64,000 nucleotides of DNA from Obrimoposthia wandeli (Eukaryota). Under the pieces are notes generated by a model. The model worked only from the letters and a program-made list of their open reading frames with translations, was not told the origin of the DNA and ran no database searches. Below, piece after piece: positions 9,787 to 19,695 of the stretch; position 1 is the first letter of the stretch, and every line of letters starts with the position of its first letter. The stretch lies in contig CDROCS010000506.1 of NCBI GenBank assembly GCA_977020255.1, positions 620,001-684,000 on the forward strand, read 5' to 3'. Both the position numbers and the translations under genes were made by a program.

Positions 9787-9962
9787 TACCTTTTCGCTTT
9801 TTATTGTGTCATCACTCGAACTTATAACGCATCCATCAAAACATATCGCGTTATAAGTTTATTAATATACCTGACAAAAATAAGATATGAAATTGATTTA
9901 ATATGAACAATACGTTTCAGTGATTATTTATCAGCTATTTTTTCAGGGATTGTTTTCTGCCA

Positions 9963-10970
9963 TTATTTTTCTGGATAGTCAAAACCCAAATGCAAGTAAG
10001 CACGTTGTGTCGCAATACGCCCACGCGGCGTACGTTGTAAGAAACCTTGCTGAATAAGATAAGGTTCAAGTACATCTTCAATGGTTTCACGTTCTTCACC
10101 AATCGCAGCAGCTACGTTATCAAGGCCCACAGGTCCACCTGAAAACGTATCGACAATGGCGATTAATAATTTACGGTCCATGTAATCAAACCCACAGGTA
10201 TCTACATCTAACATACTGAGCGCTGCAGACGAGATCTCAGCATCAATATCACCATCATGTTTCACTTCGGCATAATCACGTACACGACGCAATAAACGGT
10301 TAGCGATACGCGGCGTACCACGTGAACGTCGTGCAATTTCTAACGCCCCTGCACTATCCATATTGAGTCCTAAGCAACTTGCCGAACGTAATACGATATC
10401 TTGTAAATCTTCCACCTTATAAAACTCAAGGCGTTGCACAATACCAAAACGGTCACGTAGTGGTGATGTTAAGGAACCTGCACGTGTCGTCGCACCAATA
10501 AGTGTAAAAGGCGGTAAATCTAGCTTAATAGAACGAGCTGAGGGCCCTTCACCAATCATCAGGTCTAATTGATAATCTTCCATTGCTGGATATAGAATTT
10601 CTTCAATTGACGGATTTAAGCGATGAATTTCATCAATAAACAACACGTCATGCGGCTCTAGATTTGTCAGTAATGCTGCAAGATCGCCGGCTTTTTCGAG
10701 TACCGGTCCCGAAGTAGTTTTAATACTCACGCCCATTTCGTTAGCGACAATATTCGCGAGCGTCGTTTTACCTAATCCAGGAGGTCCGAAAATTAATAAA
10801 TGATCCAGTGCATCATCACGACGCTTACTGGCTTCAATAAATATTTCCATTTGACCACGCACGTGATCTTGACCTTGGTAGTCAGACAGCATTTTTGGTC
10901 GAATGGCACGGTCTATGACTTCTTCTTCGCGGACAGTACCGCTAGAAATTAATCGATCAGCTTCAATCAC
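9963..10970 (-). CDS. ruvB: Holliday junction helicase RuvB
   Basis: [28 protein letters not shown]. Confidence 0.98.
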   Translation of the reverse strand: MIEADRLISSGTVREEEVIDRAIRPKMLSDYQGQDHVRGQMEIFIEASKRRDDALDHLLIFGPPGLGKTTLANIVANEMGVSIKTTSGPVLEKAGDLAALLTNLEPHDVLFIDEIHRLNPSIEEILYPAMEDYQLDLMIGEGPSARSIKLDLPPFTLIGATTRAGSLTSPLRDRFGIVQRLEFYKVEDLQDIVLRSASCLGLNMDSAGALEIARRSRGTPRIANRLLRRVRDYAEVKHDGDIDAEISSAALSMLDVDTCGFDYMDRKLLIAIVDTFSGGPVGLDNVAAAIGEERETIEDVLEPYLIQQGFLQRTPRGRIATQRAYLHLGFDYPEK

Positions 10971-10987
10971 TAAAGTAACTTCCTAAA

Positions 10988-11608
10988 TTAATTCTGTAAG
11001 GTGGCACGTAATGACAAGCGAATGATCTCTTCACAGCTCATGCTTGGCTGGGCAACTTTTTTGATCATTTTCTCTACTTGTGCAGGTTTATAGCCTAAAC
11101 CAACTAAGGCCGCTTCCGCTTCTTCAATCGCATTTGATGCCGTATTACCATAGCCTTGCAATTGAGCTTTATCCGCTTCAGGGGTAAATAAATCTTGCGT
11201 CACCCAATTTTTAAGGCGATCGCGCATTTCAACTAATAAACGTTCAGCAGTCTTTTTACCGACACCCGGCAATTTAATTAAACTATTAATATCATCGTGT
11301 TCAACACAGTGGGCAAATTGATTGGCGGTCATACCTGATAAGATAGCTAACGCCAGTTTAGGACCTACCCCATTTACTTTAATCAATTCACGGAACATTA
11401 AACGTTCCATCTTGTTGTTAAAGCCGTAAAGTAATTGCGCGTCTTCTCGAACCACAAAATGGGTGTAAACGATCACTTCGCTGTCAACATCACCAAGCTC
11501 GTAAAAACAGCTCATTGGCAGTTGAACTTCATAACCGACACCATTTACTTCTAGTAAGATCTCGGGTGGTTGTTTTTCTAGTAAAGTGCCACGTAAACGT
11601 CCAATCAC
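10988..11608 (-). CDS. ruvA: Holliday junction branch migration protein RuvA
   Basis: [27 protein letters not shown] HhH motifs. Confidence 0.98.
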   Translation of the reverse strand: MIGRLRGTLLEKQPPEILLEVNGVGYEVQLPMSCFYELGDVDSEVIVYTHFVVREDAQLLYGFNNKMERLMFRELIKVNGVGPKLALAILSGMTANQFAHCVEHDDINSLIKLPGVGKKTAERLLVEMRDRLKNWVTQDLFTPEADKAQLQGYGNTASNAIEEAEAALVGLGYKPAQVEKMIKKVAQPSMSCEEIIRLSLRATLQN

Positions 11609-11664
11609 AATTATTTTCCAACCTATTTAAATACCAATATAATGTGCAGTAGCATAATAAAATA

Positions 11665-11680
11665 CTGGTTAAATATCCAG
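11665..11680. promoter_or_regulatory. LexA (SOS) box upstream of ruvA
   Basis: CTGGTTAAATATCCAG fits CTG-N10-CAG; ruvAB is SOS-regulated in E. coli. Confidence 0.82.
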
Positions 11681-11713
11681 ACCTTTATCTTCACGTTAAA
11701 ATAACACAGGTTA

Positions 11714-12235
11714 TTAATTAAAGCGTCCGCGCGCCGTCCCCTTCACTTTACCCGCCATATTAATCAAGGTACGTAAACTCTGGGCGTGACATAAAGCGAC
11801 AGCCAGTCCATCGGCAGCATCCGCTTGCGGTGTACCCGGTAATTTAAGCAGGTTCACCACCATTTGCTGGACTTGTTCTTTATCCGCACCACCGTTCCCC
11901 ACCACTGCTTGCTTGATCTGACGCGCGGTATATTCACCGACCTCGAGATCGTTCGATACAGCCGCAACAATCGCTGCGCCACGGGCTTGACCCAGTTTTA
12001 ATGCTGACGCCGCGTTTTTACCCATGAACACATCTTCAATGGCAAATTTATCCGGTTGGAATTGGATAATAATTTCACTCACACCAGCATGTATTTGTTT
12101 TAAACGTTCAGGTAAGTTTTCACCCGAAGTGCGGATACAACCACTACCCAAATATTCAAATTTGCCGTGTATATGTCGGATCACACCATATCCGGTAATG
12201 CGAGAACCGGGATCAATGCCAAGAATAATACTCAT
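11714..12235 (-). CDS. ruvC: Crossover junction endodeoxyribonuclease RuvC
   Basis: [26 protein letters not shown]. Confidence 0.98.
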   Translation of the reverse strand: MSIILGIDPGSRITGYGVIRHIHGKFEYLGSGCIRTSGENLPERLKQIHAGVSEIIIQFQPDKFAIEDVFMGKNAASALKLGQARGAAIVAAVSNDLEVGEYTARQIKQAVVGNGGADKEQVQQMVVNLLKLPGTPQADAADGLAVALCHAQSLRTLINMAGKVKGTARGRFN

Positions 12236-12482
12236 ACTTCACTATCTTCAATTATCATGTTTATAATTACAGTATACCTGCACATCCGTTTGAAATCTAA
12301 ACCCTGCACTTTATCTGTATATCCATTAAATAACGTGCATAAATTAAGCAGCTAAAGTTAGGTTTTAATTGCGTATATTGTTACCTAGTTGTAAAGAAGT
12401 GTATTTCAAATGATTTGGCTGTATTGATGCATTGGCAATCAGTGTATAATCCGCATTTTTAAAATAAAGATAGTTGGCTAAT

Positions 12483-12710
12483 ATGAAAAGAGTCGTGTTA
12501 TATACACAGAAGAAGTGTCCAAATTGCGATTCAGCAAAGCGCTACTTAGATGAAAAAAAAATTCCGTATCGCTTATGTAGCGTCAATGAACCACGTGGCA
12601 GTAAAGAACTTGCCGCAATTGGTGGTCGAGGTGTACCGACACTAAAAATTGGTGATCAAGTATTACGTGGATTCTCAATTAAATCATTCGAAAATATGTA
12701 TCGCGATTAA
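12483..12710 (+). CDS. Glutaredoxin-like (NrdH-type) protein
   Basis: CPNC motif, GVPTLKIG cis-Pro loop; ATG at 12483 preferred over TTG at 12474. Confidence 0.85.
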   Translation: MKRVVLYTQKKCPNCDSAKRYLDEKKIPYRLCSVNEPRGSKELAAIGGRGVPTLKIGDQVLRGFSIKSFENMYRD

Positions 12711-12797
12711 CACCGAATAAAAACCTAATTATTATTCACCACGTGATTACAACGCTGATGAATAAAAGACTTTCATTATTAATTATGGACAAAAATC

Positions 12798-13205
12798 ATG
12801 AAGAACCGTATTGCTCAACTAGGTCTTATCATCTGCTTATTGTTTTCAACGTTGGTTAACAGCGCCGAAATAAACAGCATCGAACTTAAAGTAACCATGA
12901 AGCAGATGAGATTAGCGTATACTCAAGCAATGAAGACAACATCAGCTGATGAATTCACGGCCCACATCGATGAAATGAGTAAACGCCTTGCTGTTGCACA
13001 AAGCTATAACTTTTCCCCTGATCGCGCAGAGATGTCTAATCAAGGTTTGGATAAAGTTGAATCGGTACTTAACAGCATTCAAAAAATTGACGTTACAGAC
13101 ACTAATCTAGATCTTGCTAAAAGTAAGCTAGAACAAGTGGATAGCTTAAGAAAAGAATATCATAAGAAAAGTAAGCCTAGCGTTTGGTCGCTTATCTTCG
13201 GTTAA
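12798..13205 (+). CDS. Cytochrome b562-like periplasmic protein
   Basis: Signal peptide; four-helix pattern with N-terminal Met (TMKQM) and C-terminal RKEYHKK His; no CXXCH. Confidence 0.75.
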   Translation: MKNRIAQLGLIICLLFSTLVNSAEINSIELKVTMKQMRLAYTQAMKTTSADEFTAHIDEMSKRLAVAQSYNFSPDRAEMSNQGLDKVESVLNSIQKIDVTDTNLDLAKSKLEQVDSLRKEYHKKSKPSVWSLIFG

Positions 13206-13273
13206 TAAACAATTTTCGATTAATACACGATTGGTATCCAACCGTTATTTTAGTCACACTAGGAACAGATTAA

Positions 13274-13669
13274 ATGTCAAAAACTCTCGATAGCAACCAA
13301 ATCGCGACAATCCAAGCTTATGATGCAGAAAAACGCCTAAGCTATTTATTAAAAGAAGTAACTAGCGAACGTCAAATCTGGATCTTAACGGATGAGCACG
13401 GTTGCGTGATGCTAAACAATGAAGACGAAGACTGTGTACCAGTATGGCCTAACGCTGAATTTGCACAATCTTGGGCAACTGGCGAATGGAAAGACTGTAA
13501 AACAGAATCGATCTCGCTAGCTAAATGGCAAAGCCGTTGGACATCAGGCCTGATGGATGATGATTTAGCACTGGTTATTTTTCCTAACCTTCAAGACGAA
13601 GGACTTATCATGTTCCCTGACGAATTTGATATGGCGCTGCAGAAACAAGCTAAAAAAATCGCTAAATAA
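13274..13669 (+). CDS. DUF2750 family protein
   Basis: IWIL..EHGCV, CVPVWP..EFAQ.W pattern. Confidence 0.8.
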   Translation: MSKTLDSNQIATIQAYDAEKRLSYLLKEVTSERQIWILTDEHGCVMLNNEDEDCVPVWPNAEFAQSWATGEWKDCKTESISLAKWQSRWTSGLMDDDLALVIFPNLQDEGLIMFPDEFDMALQKQAKKIAK

Positions 13670-13693
13670 TAGTTAACACAAAAGCTAACGCAT

Positions 13694-13729
13694 AGCCTGC
13701 CTGTATTAGATAATACGGCAGGCTTTTTT
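13694..13729 (+). terminator. Intrinsic terminator
   Basis: agcctgcctgtatt...aatacggcaggcttttt. Confidence 0.8.
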
Positions 13730-13921
13730 ATTTCTGACATTTACCAGTAAGTCTATCGCTAACCTCTGTTTCGAACCTTTTATCGTCAGTCCCCTCTCAT
13801 CAATCAGCTCTCATCAATCCAAATTATCTAGTAAGTAGCAGCACTACAAACCAGTACTGCTTATAAAGTAGTACTAATATCACTAAGTTAAGGAAATGTT
13901 ATTTTATTTACCTGTATTCTC

Positions 13922-14902
13922 ATGTATGGTTTCTCTTTTCTGTGCAATCGGTCTAAAGATATGATTTCGAACAAGCTAAAATTATTTATTATCTATATAT
14001 GTTTCTCATTATTAAGCGGTTGCTCAGTTGTTCGCTGGAAAATAGACAGTGATGAAGACAGCCTTAAAGCCGTGGGTTTTACACAAGCTGATATTAGCCT
14101 AGAAGAAGGCGGCAGCCTGAGCTATTGGCGTGGAGGTAAAGGCCAACCGCTATTATTGATTCATGGATTCGGTGGTAATGCAGTCACCACTTGGAAAGAT
14201 CAAATGCAGGCCTTAAGCGCAGATTACGATGTCATAGCCCCTGATCTTGCCTGGTTTGGTGATTCTTTCAGTGCCGGCGAAGCCAACTTAACAACTGAAA
14301 CACAAGCTATTTGGCAGCTCGTTAATCAACTGGAACTTGAAAATATCAATATAGCCAGTATTTCTTATGGCGGTTTTATTACGTTAAATATGATGAATAA
14401 CAGCCCAGGTCAAACTCGCCAGATTAATAAAGCGATTATTATCGCCAGTCCAGGACCCTACTTTAACGATGAAGATCTTGACGCATTAACGACTCGCTTT
14501 GCTGTCGATAGTCCAGAAGATTTCTTTATACCAAAAAACAGCGAAGAGTTACGCCGTTTATTTAATGGTATTTTCGTTAAACCTAAAATGATGCCAGACT
14601 TTGTAGCTGACCAAATTTATCAAACTTACTTTGCTGCTTGGCATAAACAAAGAGTAGAGATGATCCAGTCACTACCTGCAGATCGCGATGTGTTACTCGA
14701 TGCGCCACAGTCATCGATACCAACGCTATTAATCTGGGGAGAAAAAGATCAGATATTTCCTCTTGAACACGGTATTTATCTCAGTAAAAAAATCCAATCA
14801 CCGCTTGTTGTTATACCCGACACTGGCCACGGGGTTACCAATGAACAACCGGAAGTGGTTGTACATTTAATCAAAAACTTTATCGACAAAGAAAAAAGAT
14901 AG
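13922..14902 (+). CDS. Alpha/beta hydrolase lipoprotein (true start probably the later Met)
   Basis: Lipobox LSGC; HGFGG, nucleophile elbow SISYG, WGEKD, TGH. Confidence 0.85.
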   Translation: MYGFSFLCNRSKDMISNKLKLFIIYICFSLLSGCSVVRWKIDSDEDSLKAVGFTQADISLEEGGSLSYWRGGKGQPLLLIHGFGGNAVTTWKDQMQALSADYDVIAPDLAWFGDSFSAGEANLTTETQAIWQLVNQLELENINIASISYGGFITLNMMNNSPGQTRQINKAIIIASPGPYFNDEDLDALTTRFAVDSPEDFFIPKNSEELRRLFNGIFVKPKMMPDFVADQIYQTYFAAWHKQRVEMIQSLPADRDVLLDAPQSSIPTLLIWGEKDQIFPLEHGIYLSKKIQSPLVVIPDTGHGVTNEQPEVVVHLIKNFIDKEKR

Positions 14903-14942
14903 TGCTGTTTAAAGATAACACAGTTTAAAGATAGTACTGTTT
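14895..14942. repeat. Three 16-bp tandem copies beginning in the hydrolase stop region
   Basis: aaagatagtgctgttt / aaagataacacagttt / aaagatagtactgttt. Confidence 0.8.
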
Positions 14943-14999
14943 ACAGCGGTATAACTGTTATTATACCGCCATGAAAATTTGAGAGCATTGAATTAAGTT

Positions 15000-15794
15000 A
15001 TGAGTAAAAAACATTACGTAGTATGGAAAGGCGTGAAGACTGGTGTATTTGATAACTGGTCTGAAACGAAAGCACAAATTGATGGCCGCAGTGATGCTCA
15101 ATATATGGGTTTCCCATCAAAAGACGAAGCAGACCAAGCATTCGCCTCGACGTATACGCGTGCATTAATGAAACGCTCATTCGCAAAAGACGATGCGACA
15201 GGATCAGGCGTTAAACCAAAAGCAACACGTCCAGTAGGCAGTTCAAAGTCGATTTTATCTGCTGCGCCACAAGTTGCCGATATCAATATTTACTGTGATG
15301 GTGCTTGCTCACCAAACCCTGGTAAATCAGGTACCGGGATGGCGGTTTATGAAAAAGATAAACTCGCGCAATTGTGGTATGGCTTATATGAAGAAAATGG
15401 CACGAATAACTCTGCAGAGTTAAATGGATTACTGATTGCCTTTCGTGTTGCCGCACCGCATATTGAACAAGGTAAAACAGTACAAGTACTATCTGACTCT
15501 AGATATTCAATTGATTGCATCACTAAGTGGGCAAAAGGCTGGAAAAATAAAGGCTGGAAACGCGGTAAAAATGAAGAAATTAAAAACCTCGCTATTATCC
15601 AGCAATGTTTCAGTTTATACGAAGAGTTAAAATCGAATCTGATCATTTCTCATGTCAAAGGACATGCGAACATTGAAGGTAATGAGTTATCTGATCGTAT
15701 GGCTGTGTTAGCACGTATGCAACAAGAGCCTAAGCTGGTGCAATACACGCACAGTATTAATATTGTTGAAATTCTAGCAATGCCTTCAGGCTAA
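15000..15794 (+). CDS. Ribonuclease HI with N-terminal hybrid-binding (caulimovirus viroplasmin-like) domain
   Basis: HYVVWKG..TGVF..W.....Q..G...A.Y.GF domain; catalytic CDGA, NSAEL, SDS.Y, HVKGH, DRMA. Confidence 0.92.
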   Translation: MSKKHYVVWKGVKTGVFDNWSETKAQIDGRSDAQYMGFPSKDEADQAFASTYTRALMKRSFAKDDATGSGVKPKATRPVGSSKSILSAAPQVADINIYCDGACSPNPGKSGTGMAVYEKDKLAQLWYGLYEENGTNNSAELNGLLIAFRVAAPHIEQGKTVQVLSDSRYSIDCITKWAKGWKNKGWKRGKNEEIKNLAIIQQCFSLYEELKSNLIISHVKGHANIEGNELSDRMAVLARMQQEPKLVQYTHSINIVEILAMPSG

Positions 15795-15871
15795 CGATCT
15801 ACAGGCTATATTCACAGTCACTCTTCACAATCACGGTGCACTGCTGATATTTACCCGCCTTAAAAACAAAG

Positions 15872-15904
15872 AAAACAAGCTGATAGTCGATCACAGCTTG
15901 TTTT
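15872..15904. terminator. Bidirectional terminator
   Basis: aaaacaagctg...cagcttgtttt between convergent genes. Confidence 0.7.
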
Positions 15905-15999
15905 CATTTTTCTACTTGCTACTTTGCTACTTCCAATTCTTAAACGATTTCTGGATGCAATACCTGAGTATCAACACCGATCCAACCAATCGTCATAAG

Positions 16000-16314
16000 T
16001 TAAATAATCGGTGAACAGCCTTTCAGCATAAGCGCAACATTAGAACTTGCTTTAGCTTGCGCATAATATGCATCTGTCGTCGTCAATCCTGTTTGGGTCA
16101 AAGCACCAACATCAGCCGAAATAAGTGGCGCGATAACCGTTAATGCCGATGCTGACTGGCGGTCTGCTTCATATGCCGAAAATGCTTTACTGATTTCTGG
16201 ACAAGTAAACGCATCCGCGCCTTTTTGTGCCATATCATAAGCCTGAGATGACGTTTCACAGCCAGCAAGTGTGCCAGCAAATAATACTACCGCTATAATT
16301 TTATACATTAACAT
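16000..16314 (-). CDS. Small hypothetical lipoprotein
   Basis: Lipobox LAGC; two further Cys. Confidence 0.7.
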   Translation of the reverse strand: MLMYKIIAVVLFAGTLAGCETSSQAYDMAQKGADAFTCPEISKAFSAYEADRQSASALTVIAPLISADVGALTQTGLTTTDAYYAQAKASSNVALMLKGCSPII

Positions 16315-16492
16315 TTCCTTATTTTATATGTACGCACTGCCAATACACAGCGCTTCAATCCAATTCCATCCAGTATAGCTTATAAAATCAAGATAATGCG
16401 GACAAATAACACAGTATCTGGTCACACCATATTTACATTAAACATATCCACGTTAAGATGATAATCAAACACGACTTAATGCAGGGATACAT

Positions 16493-17410
16493 ATGTCAAA
16501 ATATTGGTTTAAAAGGTTAATTCCAGTGCTGGTTGGCAATGCGCTTATACCAGTTTCAGCAGCAAACATAGCTGAAATTTCAGCTTCTGAATGCAAATCT
16601 ATGGTAACAGCGGGCGTCATGTCGGCTACAGCGCCAGTGCAATGTGATCGCTTAAGACAAGTGCAGTTCGACTATATCGACTTCCAAGGTCAGCAACATA
16701 ACAATGGTTCCATTATTGTCATGGATGCCGTTGCACCGCATATAGCCACTATTTTTGAGCGTTTATATACCTTAAAATTTCCTATTAATAAAGCCCAGCC
16801 AATACGTCATTACCAAGGCGATGATGATTTATCGATGGCTGATAACAATACCTCTGCATTTAATTATCGTCCTATTGCCGGCAAACGTTCACTCTCTATT
16901 CATGCTTATGGTCTCGCAATCGATATCAACCCGAAACAGAATCCATTTGTTGAATTTGGCGAACAAGGTAGCGCTAACTTCAAACCAGAGGATGGAGCTA
17001 AGTATGCCAATAGAATGCAGTTTAGGTATGGTAAAGACCAACGTCAGGGCTTTGCTGAAGATGTAATCACCACGTTTGCTGATAATGGCTTTTTATATTG
17101 GGGTGGTTTTTGGAATACGCCTATTGATTATCAACACTTTCAAGTGAGCCGCAATATGGCGAATTTAATGTCGGCAATGTCAGCTGACGATGCAGCTCAA
17201 TTTTTTGATAACTATGTGCAGTGGTACCAAACATGCAAGACCAGTTACCCTGCGGCTTATGCAGAGCATAAAGTCAGTGATTATACTCACTACTTAGAAA
17301 ACAAACTAAATAGTGAGTCGTTAAATAACACATTCAAGCAATCACCAGCGTCTGTCATCGCGGCGATACAGCAGCCGCTACAGACATCAAGCATGTGTGT
17401 TAAAGACTAA
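16493..17410 (+). CDS. Exported M15-family Zn metallopeptidase (D-Ala-D-Ala carboxypeptidase/L,D-endopeptidase-like)
   Basis: NTSAFNYR, SIHAYGLAIDIN (SxHx6D), DYQHF; signal peptide. Confidence 0.85.
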   Translation: MSKYWFKRLIPVLVGNALIPVSAANIAEISASECKSMVTAGVMSATAPVQCDRLRQVQFDYIDFQGQQHNNGSIIVMDAVAPHIATIFERLYTLKFPINKAQPIRHYQGDDDLSMADNNTSAFNYRPIAGKRSLSIHAYGLAIDINPKQNPFVEFGEQGSANFKPEDGAKYANRMQFRYGKDQRQGFAEDVITTFADNGFLYWGGFWNTPIDYQHFQVSRNMANLMSAMSADDAAQFFDNYVQWYQTCKTSYPAAYAEHKVSDYTHYLENKLNSESLNNTFKQSPASVIAAIQQPLQTSSMCVKD

Positions 17411-17428
17411 GCAAGACTAAGATCGTTA

Positions 17429-17842
17429 TTATTCGTCGCCCAGTGATTTATAAGGCCAGTAAAAATGGCCTGCGCGGATAATAACGGTTGATGTAGCCAA
17501 TATTAATGCTGCCAATGACAGCCACACCACATCAACACTTTCGAGTTCTTTCATGCCCAGCGTGACATAACGAGCAATCGCCATCATCGCAATATAAACA
17601 GGATAACGCACAGGGATCTTACCGTTGACGACAAACTGCTGGATCATTGCTAATACTTCAAGGTAAATAAACATAAGTAAAATGTCTGTTAGTTTTACCG
17701 TACGCAATTCATAAACATGATAGAAATCATTGGCCATAGCAAATATGGTAGCCAGTGTAATAGCAACCAACAGCACAGCTTCTACATAACTGAATAGCTT
17801 TAAGAAAATATGACTAAATTTCTTGGGTAAATGAGATGGCAT
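17429..17842 (-). CDS. PsiE-family membrane protein
   Basis: Four TMs, DILLMFIYLE, IPVRYP.YIAM.A..R. Confidence 0.85.
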   Translation of the reverse strand: MPSHLPKKFSHIFLKLFSYVEAVLLVAITLATIFAMANDFYHVYELRTVKLTDILLMFIYLEVLAMIQQFVVNGKIPVRYPVYIAMMAIARYVTLGMKELESVDVVWLSLAALILATSTVIIRAGHFYWPYKSLGDE

Positions 17843-18252
17843 AATCGCTCCGCAATATAAATATAATGCTCATTTTAAGTAATGAGTTATTCTGACAATA
17901 TACAATAGTTTGTAAACAATTGTATATTTCAATATTGGCTAAGTCACTGAATTAACGCTTACGTTTTAACCAAGTGAATAAATATTAACTTTAGCAATAC
18001 CTCTTTATAATAATATAAACATAACAAATTAAACACTAAGTAAAATGTATGATATTATATTTAGTGTTAATTCTTATTAATATCAACAATTTAAATTTTT
18101 AACTATCTATTTATCACCATAGGTTAAAATATAATCACAGCCAACACGTGTCATATTGCATATATGTTAGCCCTACATGATTATATTTTTTGTTGAGTAT
18201 TTCATTCTATAATATGGATAATTACGCTAGGTTGTCGCCAATGGAGTTTTAA

Positions 18253-19581
18253 GTGCGAAATATTCAAAAAATAACGATAGGGATAGTTATCGTTACCTTA
18301 GTTATATTAGTTTGGTATCATTTCCGGGCGAATACTAAGACCTACACAGTAACACCTGACAAATTCCATTTTGCGAATATCGATGATAGTAGTAAAGGCG
18401 GCTTAAGCAGCTCTGCAATCGAAATCAAAGATGGTAAAGCTTACCTTACTTGTAGCGTCGTTAAAGAATCAGATTATCCGTGGCCCTATTGTGAATTAGA
18501 GATTAGTCTGTCTGATAATCTAATCCAAGGTATCGACTTCTCTGATTATAATAAAATCAGCCTTGATATTGATTACACCACTACACATGCCAATAAACGT
18601 CTACGTGTATATATTCGCAATAGTAACCCCGCTTATACCCGAGTTGATGAACGAACCTCATTAAAGTTTAATGGCATTGAATATCCGCCTGGTTATGGCG
18701 ATGGTGCTACAGCAATCACACTCGAGACGTTTCAAGTATTAACCTGGTGGATTGCCGATAACGACGTCAGCATTGAACATGCGTCACCGGATTTTTCTAA
18801 CGTGCCGATTATTGAAATTGCGACAGCATCAGGTGTCACTGAAGGTGAGTTTGAAATTGTAGTTAATAGTATTGAATTTCAAGGCGTATGGATGGAAGAA
18901 TCTACGCTACTTAAAGCTCTGTTATATACTTGGTTATTATTAATTATCAGTTTTGTTTTATATGAACAAGCTAAGCTGCATCGCAGGTTGAAACAAAGCC
19001 ATAAAAGAGCTGCTCGCCTATTTAAGTTAAATCAAAACTTGAATGAAAAGAATATCGAATTTTCCGAATTAGCCAACCGCGATGCACTAACAGGCGCATT
19101 AAATAGAAACGCTGTACAAGATTGGTTAAAAAAAATGGCTCAGCAAGTACGTTGGGGGAATCAAGATTTCTCGGCACTGTTTATCGATATCGATCACTTT
19201 AAAAATGTTAACGATGAATATGGCCACCAAATCGGCGATGATATCTTACGTGAATTTGTACTCGTTATATCGACAAATATTCGCAACAATGATTTTTTAG
19301 TGCGTTGGGGTGGAGAAGAATTTATCGTGTTCTTTCCTGAAACCAATAGCCAACAGGCTATGAATAGAGCTGAAACACTGAGGAGCACCATCGCTGCACA
19401 TAAATGGAGTCATAACAAACCACTGACTTGTAGTATTGGTGTGGCGCAAATGGGGCAAGAGCGCATCACCGAGATGATTGCTCGGGCTGATGAAGCTTTA
19501 TATAAAGCCAAAGGCAGTGGACGAAATCAAGTTATATCGAGCCCATCACCGCGACCACAAGTTTCAGATTACGATAATTGA
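18253..19581 (+). CDS. Membrane-anchored diguanylate cyclase with periplasmic beta-sandwich sensor
   Basis: Two TMs, coiled coil, DIDHFKNVND, GGEEF, RxxD I-site (RNND). Confidence 0.9.
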   Translation: MRNIQKITIGIVIVTLVILVWYHFRANTKTYTVTPDKFHFANIDDSSKGGLSSSAIEIKDGKAYLTCSVVKESDYPWPYCELEISLSDNLIQGIDFSDYNKISLDIDYTTTHANKRLRVYIRNSNPAYTRVDERTSLKFNGIEYPPGYGDGATAITLETFQVLTWWIADNDVSIEHASPDFSNVPIIEIATASGVTEGEFEIVVNSIEFQGVWMEESTLLKALLYTWLLLIISFVLYEQAKLHRRLKQSHKRAARLFKLNQNLNEKNIEFSELANRDALTGALNRNAVQDWLKKMAQQVRWGNQDFSALFIDIDHFKNVNDEYGHQIGDDILREFVLVISTNIRNNDFLVRWGGEEFIVFFPETNSQQAMNRAETLRSTIAAHKWSHNKPLTCSIGVAQMGQERITEMIARADEALYKAKGSGRNQVISSPSPRPQVSDYDN

Positions 19582-19608
19582 TAAGCTTTACCCCCAATTA
19601 AAGCGAAC

Positions 19609-19638
19609 AAAAAAGCCAGCTAAACTAGCTGGCTTTTT
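19609..19638. terminator. Bidirectional terminator between DGC and fruA
   Basis: aaaaaagccagc-taaacta-gctggcttttt. Confidence 0.88.
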
Positions 19639-19695
19639 GTCATCATAAATCGCTCTATTCTTCCAATACAACGTTCAGATATTACGACTCAAAGC

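Noticed and set aside
14350-14373. Hydrolase elbow SISYG instead of GxSxG as a sign of inactivation
   Set aside because: The Ser, Asp (WGEKD) and His (TGH) triad is intact; a small residue at the first position is tolerated
16454-16472. Possible Fur box upstream of the M15 peptidase
   Set aside because: Only about 12 of 19 positions match in AT-rich DNA; better explained as a -10 element
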